DNA of 63,873 nt, counting the filler, from Octopus bimaculoides (lineage: Eukaryota): the NCBI RefSeq assembly GCF_001194135.2. It is 7 parts of 7 records of this genome, joined end to end, with 100 filler letters (N's around TTAATTAATTAA, not from the genome) between each part and the next. Parts side by side here need not be neighbours in the genome. Positions count along the whole stretch, not along the records: positions 31,903 to 49,280 come from NC_068983.1; 6 more parts are not named here. The stretch is one strand, 5' to 3'. A model generated the notes under the pieces. It was given only the letters and a program-made list of their open reading frames with translations, was not told the DNA's origin and did not search any database. Made by a program: the position numbers and the translations under genes. Position 1 is the first letter of the stretch; every line of letters begins with the position of its first letter. Shown one piece after another: positions 33,707 to 47,006 of the stretch.

Positions 33707-36259
33707 CTTTTTTCTGCCACAAGTGATCTCCACATTTTCCCTGAGCTACATCTTATGTTAGTCAAAATTCTTTCTTGACACTCTCCTGACGTCTACCACC
33801 TTTGTCTCTACCACTCACTAAATCCATACTTATGTACCATCTCCTGTAACTTCACCATCATCAATTCAGTGCAGAGAAAGTTTACTGTCATCAATTCACC
33901 ATTTTTTTTTTCAATAAAATAGTTTTTAACTATTAATAGGTAAGATGCAATGGATATATTTTCTTGGTAAACTTTCCTCATGTTGAACTTTTTACACAAT
34001 ATATTGATGGCAATGAACTCTACTGCAATGAATTGATAGCAGTGAATTTACCTGTAATCTTTAACTACCTATGATCTCCAGCCCTGTCACTGTACCTCTC
34101 TCCCTATGTTTCTGTCTGTCTCTCTTCCCACACTCCTCTTTTTCTCACTGATTCCCACTCATCATCTCCTTATTTCTCATCTGCCTTCAGTTTTGATATT
34201 CTGCACTTTATCTGTACTACCACTTACCACATTCTCCCTCTTGAGCCACTTCTTTTTCATATCACTCTCCCCAACCCCCACCCCAACTCATATATTTACC
34301 ATCAACCATGCTCCAACTCTTCTTTACCATTCATTACATTTACCTCTATTCAATTCCTAACCATCTCACACTCTTGCAAATTTACTCACCCACCCTTCCC
34401 GCCTGCGTTTGAAGGTCATGCTTCACCACCTCATCCCATATATANNNNNNNNNNNNNNNNNNNNNNNNNNNNNNNNNNNNNNNNNNNNNNNNNNNNNNNN
34501 NNNNNNNNNNNNNNNNNNNNNNNNNNNNNNNNNNNNNNNNNNNNNNNNNNNNNNNNNNNNNNNNNNNNNNNNNNNNNNNNNNNNNNNNNNNNNNNNNNNN
34601 NNNNNNNNNNNNNNNNNNNNNNNNNNNNNNNNNNNNNNNNNNNNNNNNNNNNNNNNNNNNNNNNNNNNNNNNNNNNNNNNNNNNNNNNNNNNNNNNNNNN
34701 NNNNNNNNNNNNNNNNNNNNNNNNNNNNNNNNNNNNNNNNNNNNNNNNNNNNNNNNNNNNNNNNNNNNNNNNNNNNNNNNNNNNNNNNNNNNNNNNNNNN
34801 NNNNNNNNNNNNNNNNNNNNNNNNNNNNNNNNNNNNNNNNNNNNNNNNNNNNNNNNNNNNNNNNNNNNNNNNNNNNNNNNNNNNNNNNNNNNNNNNNNNN
34901 NNNNNNNNNNNNNNNNNNNNNNNNNNNNNNNNNNNNNNNNNNNNNNNNNNNAGTGGTTTCTATGTTATTTCCTTTCATCAGCCCAGAATAACTTGCTCAG
35001 CTAGAGATGGTGACACTATATATATATATATATATATATATAGATTGGAGCCGGGTGCAGCCGTTGGCTCTCCAGGCCTCAGTCAAATCATCCAACCCAT
35101 GCCAGCATGGAAAACAGACGTTAATCGATGATGATGATGATGATGACGACGACGACGACGATGGCGACGACCTCTACTGCATATATATCCAGCCATAGAA
35201 ACCATACTAGAACAGACAATGGAGCCTGGTGTGGCCCCTGGACTTACCAGCTCCAGTCAAACCGTCCAACCCATGCTAGCATGGAAAATGGGCGTTAAAT
35301 GATGATGATGATCACACACACACATACACACACACAAAGGTGAGTCAGAATTTATGCAACTTTTATTTGCATTACTTTTTGGCTCACCTTTTGTGTATGT
35401 GTGTGTATGTGTGTATTTATACATTGTTTTGGTTTCGGGCCAAGTAACAAATCTCTTTACTACTAAGGACAGTAAACAAGAGAGTAGAACAGATATGCAT
35501 GTATATATGTGAATGTCAGTGTGTATGAATATATATGTATACGTATATATGTATGCATATGTCTTCAGTCTGTATGTTTGGTCCCAGGTTAAAACCATAT
35601 TTAAGTTCATTTTGATGGGAGATGGGGTCCCAGTTTTACTTTATAACTTTGCCATCTCATCCACCACGTCATCATCGTTTAAAATCATGATCACCACCAT
35701 TGCTGCTGCTACCACCACTACTGTTGCTGCCACCGCTGCCGCCACCACCACCACCATTAATATGTCTTTCTCCTTTGCTACTCTACCTCCAGCCCCTCCG
35801 TGTTTATTGTTCCATGGCGATACTGTTTGAGTCTTTGGAATCAGTGAACTTGACACAGACGTATGTACATAAATGCATGCGTAAGGAGGAAGTATTGTTA
35901 TAGATCAGTTGTGTGTGTGTGTGCATGTGGGTGGGCATGCATGCGTGCATGCATGTATGTGCATATATGTATGTTGTTGTTTCAGAAAGTAGACTTGTAA
36001 AGTGTTTGGTTTTGTCTCTCTTTGCTTGTGTGTGCATACATGTATGTGTGTGTGAATTTTCAGAAAGGCTTGAGTTTGTAATGTGTGTTTGGAATTACAG
36101 ATATATGTGTATATATGTGTGTTGTGCATATATACATGTAAGTACAAAAGATTTTGCTATTATGTATATGTATGTATACATGCATACACAAACGTATATA
36201 TGGATATATTTGTACATATATTTGTTTTTGTTTTTCAAAATGGTTTTTTCAAATTGTTT

Positions 36260-36440
36260 TTCAAAATAGTTGGTGGAAACTATTATGGACACCCTCAAGA
36301 GATATACCTACCCACATAGGTCGGCCTTCTATAGGGACGATGGCCTAACTATCTCGAACCATATGAACGGCCATGCCATGGACAGGTTCAGGAAGGACTT
36401 GATAGAAATATTTAAGGGGTTCAGCCTGTCCATAATGGTA
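36260..36440 (+). mobile_element. Penelope-like RT fragment with catalytic YRDD
   Basis: DTLKR...FYRDDGLTI...GHAMDRFRKDLIEIFKGFSLSI. Confidence 0.7.
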
Positions 36441-36629
36441 ATAAAAATCAACTTATGTCATTCAAATTCAAACTGGCTGAAGACTAGCATCACATTTGAA
36501 ACTTGGAGTACCAACAAATTTGAATCAAACTGTTTTGATCCATACATGTAACTCCCAATAAATGTGTTGAGTGCCCTTCTTATGTTTATCCACTCACTTA
36601 TGCATTCATATATGATTACTGGACTAGAG

Positions 36630-36925
36630 CAGGAGTTTTCAAACTTTTTGACTTGCGGACCCGTTTATATTTCAGGCTTTATCTTAGGGACCCCCTTATA
36701 AACGCTTATGAAATTTATACATAAATATTTGCTTAAGATAACATATATTTTTGCATTTATTTATTTAACAGTATTTAACAAATAGGTTTATTGTCAATTA
36801 AAAGATTTTGATAAAAAACATATATAAAATCAAATTGCCCATAAAAAGTATTTGCTGTCCACGGACCCCCTGTCTTGTCCTTGCGGACCCCCTGTGGTCT
36901 GCGGACCACAGTTTGAAAACCCCTG
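36630..36925. mobile_element. hAT (Charlie-like) MITE
   Basis: TIRs CAGGAGTTTTCAAACT / AGTTTGAAAACCCCTG; perfect 8-bp TSD GACTAGAG at 36622-36629 and 36926-36933. Confidence 0.9.
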
Positions 36926-37702
36926 GACTAGAGTATCACAGCAGAAATCTGGAAGGGAAACATTACAAAAAATGCTGTTCGTAGTTGTTTGTCTTAAACT
37001 CGAGATTGATCATAACATTAACATGAAGTGTAACTTCTCTAAGACTCATGATCATTACATCACATCACATTTTGTAGATTATGATTTTGTAATCCAAGAG
37101 CAGAAGATAATTACAAATTATCTAATGAACAAAAGAGACAGTGAAGCCCTAAAACTTCCAAGATGAGACTAAAAATGTCAATTATGTCACATTTCTGTGG
37201 AAGCTATTACATGTGATCATAAACTGCTCCAAAATGTCATTATGGTGGAGGTGGTTGTCTAGTAAGAAGTTTGCTTCTGAACAACATGGTTCCAGGTTCA
37301 GTCCCACTATGTGGCACCTTTTGCAAGTGTATTCTACTATAGCCCTGGACGGACTGACTAAAGCCTTGTGAGTGGGTCTGGCAGTCAGAAACTGAAAGAA
37401 GCCATTTGTGTGTGTGTGTGTGTGTGTGATACTGTCTCCTTTTTTTTTTTTGACATCACATGACAGTTGTAAATGAGTGTCACTGTCATGCAAGCAGTGT
37501 CCTTCATTTCTAATATTCCGTAAAAAAAAAGCAAAAAAAAAAACATTTTTAATCATGAAGAAATATTACTTGGAAACATGTAAGGCTAGCTACAGAAAGG
37601 GTATCTAGAAAATCGACCTCAACAAATTCTCTTTGATTCATGCAAGCAAAGGAAAGTGGACATTGAACTGTTGATGATAAGGATGACAATGATGATGATG
37701 AT

Positions 37703-37735
<33 letters not shown>

Positions 37736-37871
37736 GATGGTGATGATGATGATGATGATGATGATGATATGTTACCTCTCATTGCAATATAATGCTTTTG
37801 CTAAAATAGTATACAATATATGACTGCCCTGGGATAAATATAGATAAAACCCTTGTTAATATATACATAAA

Positions 37872-38097
37872 AAATATTGGTGGAACACACTCATCAAAAT
37901 TTCTACTAAGTGCAAGCATAACAGGCTGGGTACAATTGTTTAGGACAGAGAAAATATATCATGGAGAATCATAGAGGTCAGTTGCTCTGTAGATGTGAAC
38001 ATTGCTTTGAAAGCCATTGAGAAAGAGAACTTTCACAGACAACTACTTCAAGACTTGCAACTTCTCTACCCAGGTTTCAAAAACACTTTTATATGAA
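37872..38097 (+). mobile_element. RLE-clade retrotransposon endonuclease fragment
   Basis: KYWWNTLIKISTKCKHNRLGTIV*DREN...IIEVSCSVDVNIALKAIEKEN...LLQDLQLLYP, a decayed HNRPD...IIEVSC...K..EK (PD-D/E-xK) pattern. Confidence 0.7.
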
Positions 38098-39399
38098 TAG
38101 TTACTGGTTTATTTGGATATGTTAGTAAATGTACTTTAGTTGCTTAATGTCTCATAAAGCATCATTGACAGACAGAATGAGAGGTACTAATATGCAGCCT
38201 AACTTGAACCCCACTGTAACATCAAGCTATAAAATTCAATGGCATAACCCAGGTGGCTTATGTGTTGGTAGTTTGTTATAGTTGTTTTTGTTGTTTAACA
38301 CTGGTTTGAGCAAAAGTACGATGAAAGAGGTTCAAGCCGTGATCATTATATCCATGTTTAATGTATAATGTTTGTGACTGATTTAAGGGAGATTTAGTTG
38401 CTCGTCCTAGCAGATCGACCAACCACAGAGAGCCTTTCCCCACCATTTCCATAGATAAAGCTAATATAGATACAAAAAAGGTGAAGTTGGAGAACCAAAC
38501 TGAGAGGAAAGTGCTTAAAATTTGGTAAATATGCAGTTTAAGGTCGTAAAAAAGTGAAAGTAAATTGTCCTAAAAATATGAAACTGGAAGTTATGACAGT
38601 GACATCCCAAAATTTCATAAAAAGAACTCCCCCATGCCACATCCTCATGCACCTACATGTGTAGTACCATTTAGTATTCCAGAAGTAGCAACATTCCAAA
38701 ATACTATACTCAGCAACAAACCCCACCAAGAAGTACAATTGTTTTCATCTTATATAAAATATATATATGCTTTTCACATGATATAAAATATATGAATGTT
38801 CTATATATTGGTTATGTCACAGACAGTGTTTACATGAAATTATGGGGTTGCATTGGTGTCAGATCTGGTTCTATTGCAATTTACTTTCATTAGTTTTAAT
38901 ACTATTTACTTCATTTTTGGATCTTTTGTTTTTCTGTGAAAAGTTTCAAATAAATGAAAATTTTGAAATTTGGTGTATTGATGTAATTTTTCACTCTGAA
39001 TCTCAGGGCTTAATTCATATGTTCCAGAAAACTTATTTTAAAGAGTTACAGAGGTTTAAAGTTTGATCATTTTTGCCCAGTCAGAAAACAGGAGTTAGAA
39101 GCTGTCATTTTGAGCATAACTGCAATTGTAAGATGACAAAACAATGATGTCAACATTGTGATGATAGCACGTGTTTTAAGCATTTAATAAATGAAAAATG
39201 CCAAAAAAAACGAGTAAACAACATATATTTTGTAGTTTTAAGTATTCAATAGGAATTTAATGTAAAAAAAGAGTAAACAACACGTTTTGTAGTTCTAGGA
39301 CCAGAAAAAAAAAACTTGTTCAGTTCGAAAAAAAAGTTAACGGCACATTTTTCATTTTTTTTTTTTTTTGTAAACACACGTAGTTTTAACACTTGGCTT

Positions 39400-39413
39400 G
39401 TTACTATGGAAAC
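39400..39413. promoter_or_regulatory. Candidate RFX X-box
   Basis: GTTACTATGGAAAC fits GTTNCYATRGNAAC; lies outside recognised repeats at the start of a CpG-retaining stretch. Confidence 0.3.
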
Positions 39414-40494
39414 AGGCATCTATATGTCTGTGGCTTTCGATTGCAAACTTCGAAAGTTATTAACTATTTATTGATTTGTGGTGAAAATGAATTGCATTTC
39501 AATAATTAGCATACAAAACTACATCAATACACCAAATTTGAACAACAAAATAGAAATTGAAAAGTGGCAGCCAAACAAGAAAGATCCTCACTTTCTTTAT
39601 GACCATAAACTGCAAAGTTGCATGTTAAGCAGGAATTTTCCCTCAGGCCAGAGTGTTGACCGAAATGTTTGCGATGGAACCGACTTCGTTAAAGTTAATC
39701 TGACTGATCCTCAATGCAAAATGTCGCTTTGCAAAAAATAACAGCCAAATGTCCATTAAATCACACTCATTCATCTTAAAAACGACACATTAGATTCTGT
39801 AATGTATTGTAAAAAAATAATAATAAATAAAAAGTACAGGAAGGATATCAATGAAACATCTTTGATCACAGATCTGACTGATCTGAGCAGACCGTATGAC
39901 TACAACAAGAAACATGAACAACAGCCACAGCGTCGAAGAGAAAGAGAGCAAAGAGCGAAAAAGAAATAGAAGAGGATAAAACGAAAACAATAGATACATC
40001 AACAAATAAAATAAAATAACACAAGTAAAAAGAAGGTTCCTTTGTTGTACTTGTTTCACAATTCATTTGATCTGAGGTCGTATGTTTAAACTAAAGCAGT
40101 TACATCGTCACTGATTCATATTGGCCATTTTCAAACACAGATTTTGTTTTATTCACTTATAGTTTTATATTATCGATTAGTTTACATATGATATATGTAC
40201 GAACTCTTTTCATTGTGTACATTTACGATCGGATGATCACTGATACTCTCTCAATTTCATTTGTACAAAATAATACAGGCAACGTAGAGTATAGTCGGTG
40301 ACCAGGTCATAAATGTACAAAGACAGGCCTAGATTTCTATGTTATCGTAGACTTCTGAAGAAGAGCAATTGTACGTAGTTTGGCTTTACCAAAATGCAAC
40401 TGTAATAATTAAAAGGAATGATAAGTTGATACGATCNNNNNNNNNNCTATCTATCTATCTATCTATCTATCTATCTGTCTATCTATATATATAT

Positions 40495-40731
40495 ATCATC
40501 ATCATCATCATCGTCGTCGTCATCGTCGTCATCATCATCATCGTTTAACGTCCGCTTTCCATGCTAGCATGGGTTGGACGATTTGACTGAGGACTGGTGA
40601 ACCAGATGGCTGCACCAGGCTCCAATCTGATCTGGGAGAGTTTCTACAGCTGGATACCCTTCCTAACGCCAACCACTCCGAGAGTGTAGTGGGTGCTTTT
40701 ACGTGCCACTGGCACGAAGACCAGTCAGGCG
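40495..40731 (-). mobile_element. SINE family 2, young copy (runs into gap)
   Basis: Near identical to 43375-43580. Confidence 0.85.
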
Positions 40732-43109
40732 NNNNNNNNNNNNNNNNNNNNNNNNNNNNNNNNNNNNNNNNNNNNNNNNNNNNNNNNNNNNNNNNNNNNN
40801 NNNNNNNNNNNNNNNNNNNNNNNNNNNNNNNNNNNNNNNNNNNNNNNNNNNNNNNNNNNNNNNNNNNNNNNNNNNNNNNNNNNNNNNNNNNNNNNNNNNN
40901 NNNNNNNNNNNNNNNNNNNNNNNNNNNNNNNNNNNNNNNNNNNNNNNNNNNNNNNNNNNNNNNTATATACCTGTTTGTTTTTGCTTATCCATCTGTCTGT
41001 GTGTACGTATACCTGCGGTGTGTGTGTGTGTGCCCGTGCGCACACGCATGCGTATATAGATATAACAAAACAAGAAATTGAAAATACTTTTGGTATTATT
41101 TATTCACCATTACACGTGTTTCATTTACTAATAGGAATTACAAAGATTTTATATGTCTATCAAACATGTAGAACTTTGCAATTCCTATTAGCAAATGAAA
41201 CATGTGTAATGGTGAATAAATAATACCAAAAACTTTCTAGTTTCCTTTGCAAATAATATTTCCAGAATTTCAACTTTAATATGTACATTGCACATACACA
41301 GCAACAATATAAACTATATATTAGATTGTGATAATAGAATAAGCAAGTGTACTTCAAGAGGATACAACTGACAGCATTCCTCACAGTGGTTGGACAAAAT
41401 GCGGCATCAAAATACTTTCTAAAACCACAGTTGCATTAACAGAAGGATATGGTCACAGGATATGATCGGCAAGGGGGAATCTTTCACTACTGCTTCTTGA
41501 ATCTGGAAGAAAGCATCAAAACAGAAAAGAATTACGAGGAAATTAAAAAGGAAAAACATTGTTCACTCAAAAATGACTATTTTACTCCATGGCATTGACG
41601 AACAAAACTTTTTTGCAAATAACTGCAGAAATTGAAAAACAGAACTGCAAAACTCTAACTTATTCTATTTATTCTCCATGATTCTTTCCCATTGCCAACC
41701 ACATTTTCAAGCAACTTGATAACTTCTTGCAAAAGAATTTCTTTAACACCCAAACAGCAGCTTAAAATGCATTCGAAGACTCATTGGTTCCAGGATTCCA
41801 AAATATACTACTGGGAAAATATGTACAAAGAAATTTCTTGTCATATTTGTGAAATATTTAATTCTATAATCAATCAGTCAATACATACATGCATGCATGC
41901 ATGCATGTATGCATACATACATACATACATACATACATACATACATACACACACACATGTATGACTGGATCGCTCGATGTGCATCAATTAAACCATTCAG
42001 TTTTCGGCTCTAACGTTAATCGCATTAGACTCCCACCGTCGTTTGTATACATGGGTCGTCTATATTCAAGGGTGGGCTACGACGTAATACAAAGAGTACA
42101 GCAATAATAAAAGAGAAGAACACAAGCATTGACGTGATATGCCTTTATTTCACCTTTATACATTTGTTTCAGTATTCAGCATCTCATGACATCACACTAC
42201 AGCTGCAACCAGTTGATGCACCCTATAGTTGAAGAGGAAAGACAAATATAAGACCAGCCACAACCAAAATTAGGTTTCATACTTGTATCTCAATTTTGAT
42301 TAGAGATCTAACATTGACAGATGGAACACAGTCTTCTGTTTGGTACCAGAAATCTCACATTGGCTTGCTATAAATATAGAACAACGAATGCAGGGTATAC
42401 TTGCCACGCTCAATGCCATTAAATTTCAAGCAGGGATATAACAAAAGTTTCACATTAAGATTTGTAATTAAATTAACGAGTAAGGTTAATATCTATAATG
42501 AATTTGCCATTTTCGATGAGTGTGCAGCGCATACCTAGCACAACCGGAATATACGCTCCTGAAAGAATGTCACTCTCATATCTTTAAAATTTAAATAAGG
42601 AAATTTAAATAAAGACTTTAGAATCAAAGGAAAACAACTTGCACACAGGATATTGGTTTAACTGTTAACACATCGCGCACAATAAAATCATTCAATACCT
42701 TCTTTCATAGACCTACACGTTTAATATTTACACCCATGTTGGCTATATTGATCAATGCACGTATATGAACACAATTACATGCACAAATCACATACTTGTC
42801 GACAAGTACAACTATGGACGAGGCATCCTGGTGTATAAAATAAATGGGTAATGAAATAAGTTTGTGATAAATAATTAATGAAAAATGAATAAATAGATAA
42901 ATAATTAAGCGCACGTTTATCATTTAGGCTTATTCATGTATCTTTATTCATTCAGCTACATTTGACTCTTGGTTCATGCTAGCATAGACACACATGCTCA
43001 TAAACTGTACACATGTGTAGCATATGCTAGTTGGTACATATACTTCTATGGTATATGCTGGCGAAAGTATAACCTTAATATAGCAAAGACCACATCCCGA
43101 AGACAGGCC

Positions 43110-43260
43110 GTTCTCTTCGGGGTTGGAAAATATTTCAGTTCCAATATTTGCAGATACTATACAATGCTCAGATGAAGTCCACAATGGAGGCATTGTTAGT
43201 TTGAAGCAACAAGGTGCGTTTTTGCAATTGACGTGTTTGTGTGCATAGTGAGAGCCTTGT
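43110..43260 (+). mobile_element. Possible CR1/L2-group LINE RT C-terminal remnant
   Basis: KYFSS..YLQILYNAQMKSTME resembles the L..LYKAQ.RS.MEY motif; needs a frameshift. Confidence 0.35.
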
Positions 43261-43374
43261 GGAGTGAAAAGAGATACTTTGAGAAGCATTACTTAGTGTA
43301 TCATGCAGTTGATTGATAAGCAAGGAGTAACAATGAAGGCTTTTTCCACAAGTGCACTGCTTACAGAAGCATAA

Positions 43375-43775
43375 TCATCATCATCATCATCATCATCGTT
43401 TAACGTCCGCTTTCCATGCTAGCATGGGTTGGACGATTTGACTGAGGACTGGTGAACCAGATGGCTACACCAGGCTCCAATCTGATTTGGCAGAGTTTCT
43501 ACAGCTGGATGCCCTTCCTAACGCCAACCACTCCGAGAGTGTAGTGGGTGCTTTTACGTGCCACCGTCACGAAGGCCAGTCAGGCGGTACTGGCAACGGC
43601 CATGCTCAAAATGGTGTATTTTACGTGCCACCTGCACAGGAGCCAGTCCAGTGGCACTGGCAATGATCTTGCTCAAATGTCTTTACATGTGCCACCGGCA
43701 CAAGTGCCAGGAAGGCGACGCTGGGCACAGGTGCCATCACGATTTCACTTTCGCTTGCCCCAACAGGTCTTCAAA
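43375..43775 (-). mobile_element. SINE family 2, young long copy with (GAT)n tail
   Basis: (CAT)n CGTTTAACGTCCGCTTTCCATGCTAGCATGGGTTGGACG...GGATGCCCTTCCTAACGCCAACCACTCCGAGAG..., CpGs retained. Confidence 0.9.
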
Positions 43776-44222
43776 AGCCGAGTTTAATTTTGTTGAAAAT
43801 TCGAATAAAGGGGGATTCTTTGAAATTTGTAGAGATCTTTTTAAGAAGGGACCAAAACGATCGGTTGCAGTCTGTAGGGCAGGAAATTTTGCGGTCTATT
43901 GGATGTACGTAGGTATTCTTCACAGTTTGGATAATGGTCTTGCGGGAATTGCAGTGTTAGGTTAGAAACGTCTAGTTGGTGTGGCGGTGGTTGTGGTGGT
44001 AGGTGGTGGAATAATTGTTTCCAAGGATTGTTGGCTGTGTTCTTTCAACTGTTATGACAATGATGATGACAATTATTTGATACTGATGTTAACGAAGGTG
44101 ACGATGATAATGCTAAAGGTAGTGACCATAGCAACGAGTGACGCTGACAACAACGACGATGACAACAACGACGATGACAATAGTGATGATTTTATGATAT
44201 TGATCACTTTTACACTTTTACA

Positions 44223-44601
44223 CTTTTACTTGTTTCAGTCTTTTGACTGTGGCCATGCTGGAGCACCGCCTTTAGTTGAGCAAATCGACCCCAGGACTTA
44301 TTCTTTAGAAGCCTAGTACTTATTCTATCGGTCTCTTTTGCCGAACCGCTAAGTTACGGGGACATAAACACACCAGCATCGGTTGTCAAGCGATGTTGGG
44401 GGGACAAACACAGACACACAAACACACACACACATATACATATATACGACAGGCTTCTTTCAGTTTCCGTCTACCAAATCCACTCACAAGGCTTTGGTCG
44501 GCCCGAGGCTATAGTAGAAGACACTTGCCCAAGGTGCCACGTAGTGGGACTGAACCCGGGACCATGTGCTTGGTAAGCAAGCTACTTACCACACAGCCAC
44601 G
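44223..44601 (-). mobile_element. SINE family 1, full-length young copy (~380 bp) with internal microsatellite
   Basis: Minus strand: tRNA-like head GTGGCTGTGTGGTAAG...GGTTCAGTCCC, central GGGCAAGTGTCTTC...GGAAACTGAAAGAAGCC, (TA/TG)n, 3' domain, tail AAACAAGTAAAAG. Confidence 0.9.
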
Positions 44602-47006
44602 AAAGCTGATGATGATGATGAGGAGGAGGAGGAGAATGACCATGATGAGGATATTGATAAGGAAGACGATGACGATGTTGATGATGATAAAAGAATGCTG
44701 TAGAAGGGGTGGGGGTGGTAACAAGGAAACGAGCTTGATTATATTACAGCCGATAACTTGACAACGAAGTTGATGACATCATTGACGCTGATGGTGGTTA
44801 CAATGATGGTGATGCTGACGATGGTAGTGATAACATTGATGATGATCATAGTGACGATGATGATGATGGTAATGATGGTGACGACGACGACGATAAGTTG
44901 AAGGAGGGGATAGTGGAAAGTAGTGGTGATTGGTGCTCATGATGGTGTTGGTAGTTGTTGTTGTGGTGGTGGTGGTAGTGGTTACGACGACTGTGATTCT
45001 GTGTACAAAATGAATAAATCAAAACCCCCTTTCAAAGAATTGATTCACCACCAACACCACCACCACACCACCACTACCGTCACCATATCCTATCTACGTT
45101 GAAGTAATGATAACAATAGTCTGTATCAGAATCATTTGATAGCTGTTGTGAAACAGGACCAAATCCATAACATGTGACACACTAGATGGAACTGGGATAT
45201 TCTGGTAACATTAAACCCTCGAATCCCAGCTTTTATCCTATTCTCATCGGCTTCTCATTACTTTATTTCTATTTCTTTCTTTCCCCGGACCTTAGTTTTA
45301 ATAGCTGTGCCGACAAAGGGCTTTGATTTATCAATGAGGTACTGATGTATAAAACTCCTTTGTCGTATTGCTGGGTGACGGGTGATAACCATTACTTGAT
45401 GTTAATAATTCACTTGATGCTTGTTGCAGTACGTTCATGCATAAATGAATGCATGCATGTATGTATATACTTTAAATCAAGTGTATACTTTTATGAATAC
45501 ATATACAAAAGCGTGCATGTGCGTGATTATTGTATGCCCTTGTATTTCATTGTAATTCCTTCCATCATTCGGATTTATTTATGTCTTCCTTAAATCGTGT
45601 AGTTTGTTCAGGATTGCTTTGATTGATGGTGAGCTGGTGTTGGGGAAATAGAGCCTTTATTATTGTTTTTCTTTTCAGTAGTGCTATTTGTTAATATAGT
45701 CATCATCAATATATACAAAACGCAATGTTCGTCACGTTGTTGTTTATATGTAAAGACTTCTGGTATAAAAGCTGCGGGCAATACGTTTATAATTAGTGTC
45801 CAAAGGAAATCATTTTTTTACATGAGTTGTTGTTAAGAAGGAATATGTTAAACCAAAATTAAGTACCCTATTTACCGGCGTATAACACGCGATTCCTTTT
45901 TTTTTTTAATTTTTAAGTGCATCCAAAAAATCGCCCTATTTCCTTAAGGGCAATGTAACAGAAGAGAAATCGTGCATCATAGACTAGGGAGCCAGGTAGA
46001 GTTTAAGTCCGCAATGTCCAGTAATTGTCATTGATAATATTGAAAACAAACCGAATTATCAATTATTCTAAGCACAAACTCAAGAAAAATTGGATATTGT
46101 ACGTCAGCAATGGAGAGGTGATATCGTTGTTTTACACCGCATACCTCTTGATATATATCCCACACCTGATGTATTATTTTAAATTATTTAACGACTCTTT
46201 TACCTTAAGAAACATTTTTGAAGATATGAATGAAAAATTTGGATCTTTCTAATTTAGCGGACACCATTTTTTATTTAGTTTTTATTTAGTGTGTTTTCTA
46301 CCGAAACACTTTAAAACTTCGTATACTTGTATATTTTGTCTTATAGAACAGAGAAAAATTTTTATATTCGAAGTTATTTCAAGTTAAAAGTTGTCGTATT
46401 TCGGTAATTTCGACCAGAAAGATCCAAAAATTTCAGAGGAAATGAAAAGAATCTTAAATTTTCATCCACTTAGCAGTTATTCGCAACAAAGCAGTGTTAC
46501 GCAAAACCTCGTAGCTAGAAATACGAATTTTACACAAGCTTTCTGTATGGCAATTTTCTTGACCAGAATACAAACAACTACACAGCTGATTTGAGAGAAG
46601 ATAAAACTGAAATGCTGTAATCCCATTACGTTGTTTACTTTTGATAAATGTATCGTTCCATATGTATTCCTGTATACTGCCACAACATTGCTCTTGCTTG
46701 CAGAGAATCAAACATTTTCCTCTACAAAACCAGATAGGGTGTGTGATGAAACATCCTAAATTTGTTTTTACATGCATACAAAAGATACTTATAAAATAGG
46801 GGTGTGTCTTTTGTACAAATGCGTCTTATACAACGGCAAATACAGCAACTCTTAAAATGGAATAACAAAAAGATCAATAATGTGTAGCAGTAAGCGCCTG
46901 GCGAGAGAGCAGAGACAGTGGCAGAGTCGAGAGTATCTTTTAGTCTGGTTGGGTACGACATCCTCTTTAGTGTTGAGGACCAAGATAAAATGTACCTAAA
47001 TACTGT

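Noticed and set aside
44530-44601. tRNA genes at SINE heads (also 10244-10315, 33630-33706)
   Set aside because: A/B boxes are present but there is no complete cloverleaf, and each continues into a repeat body.
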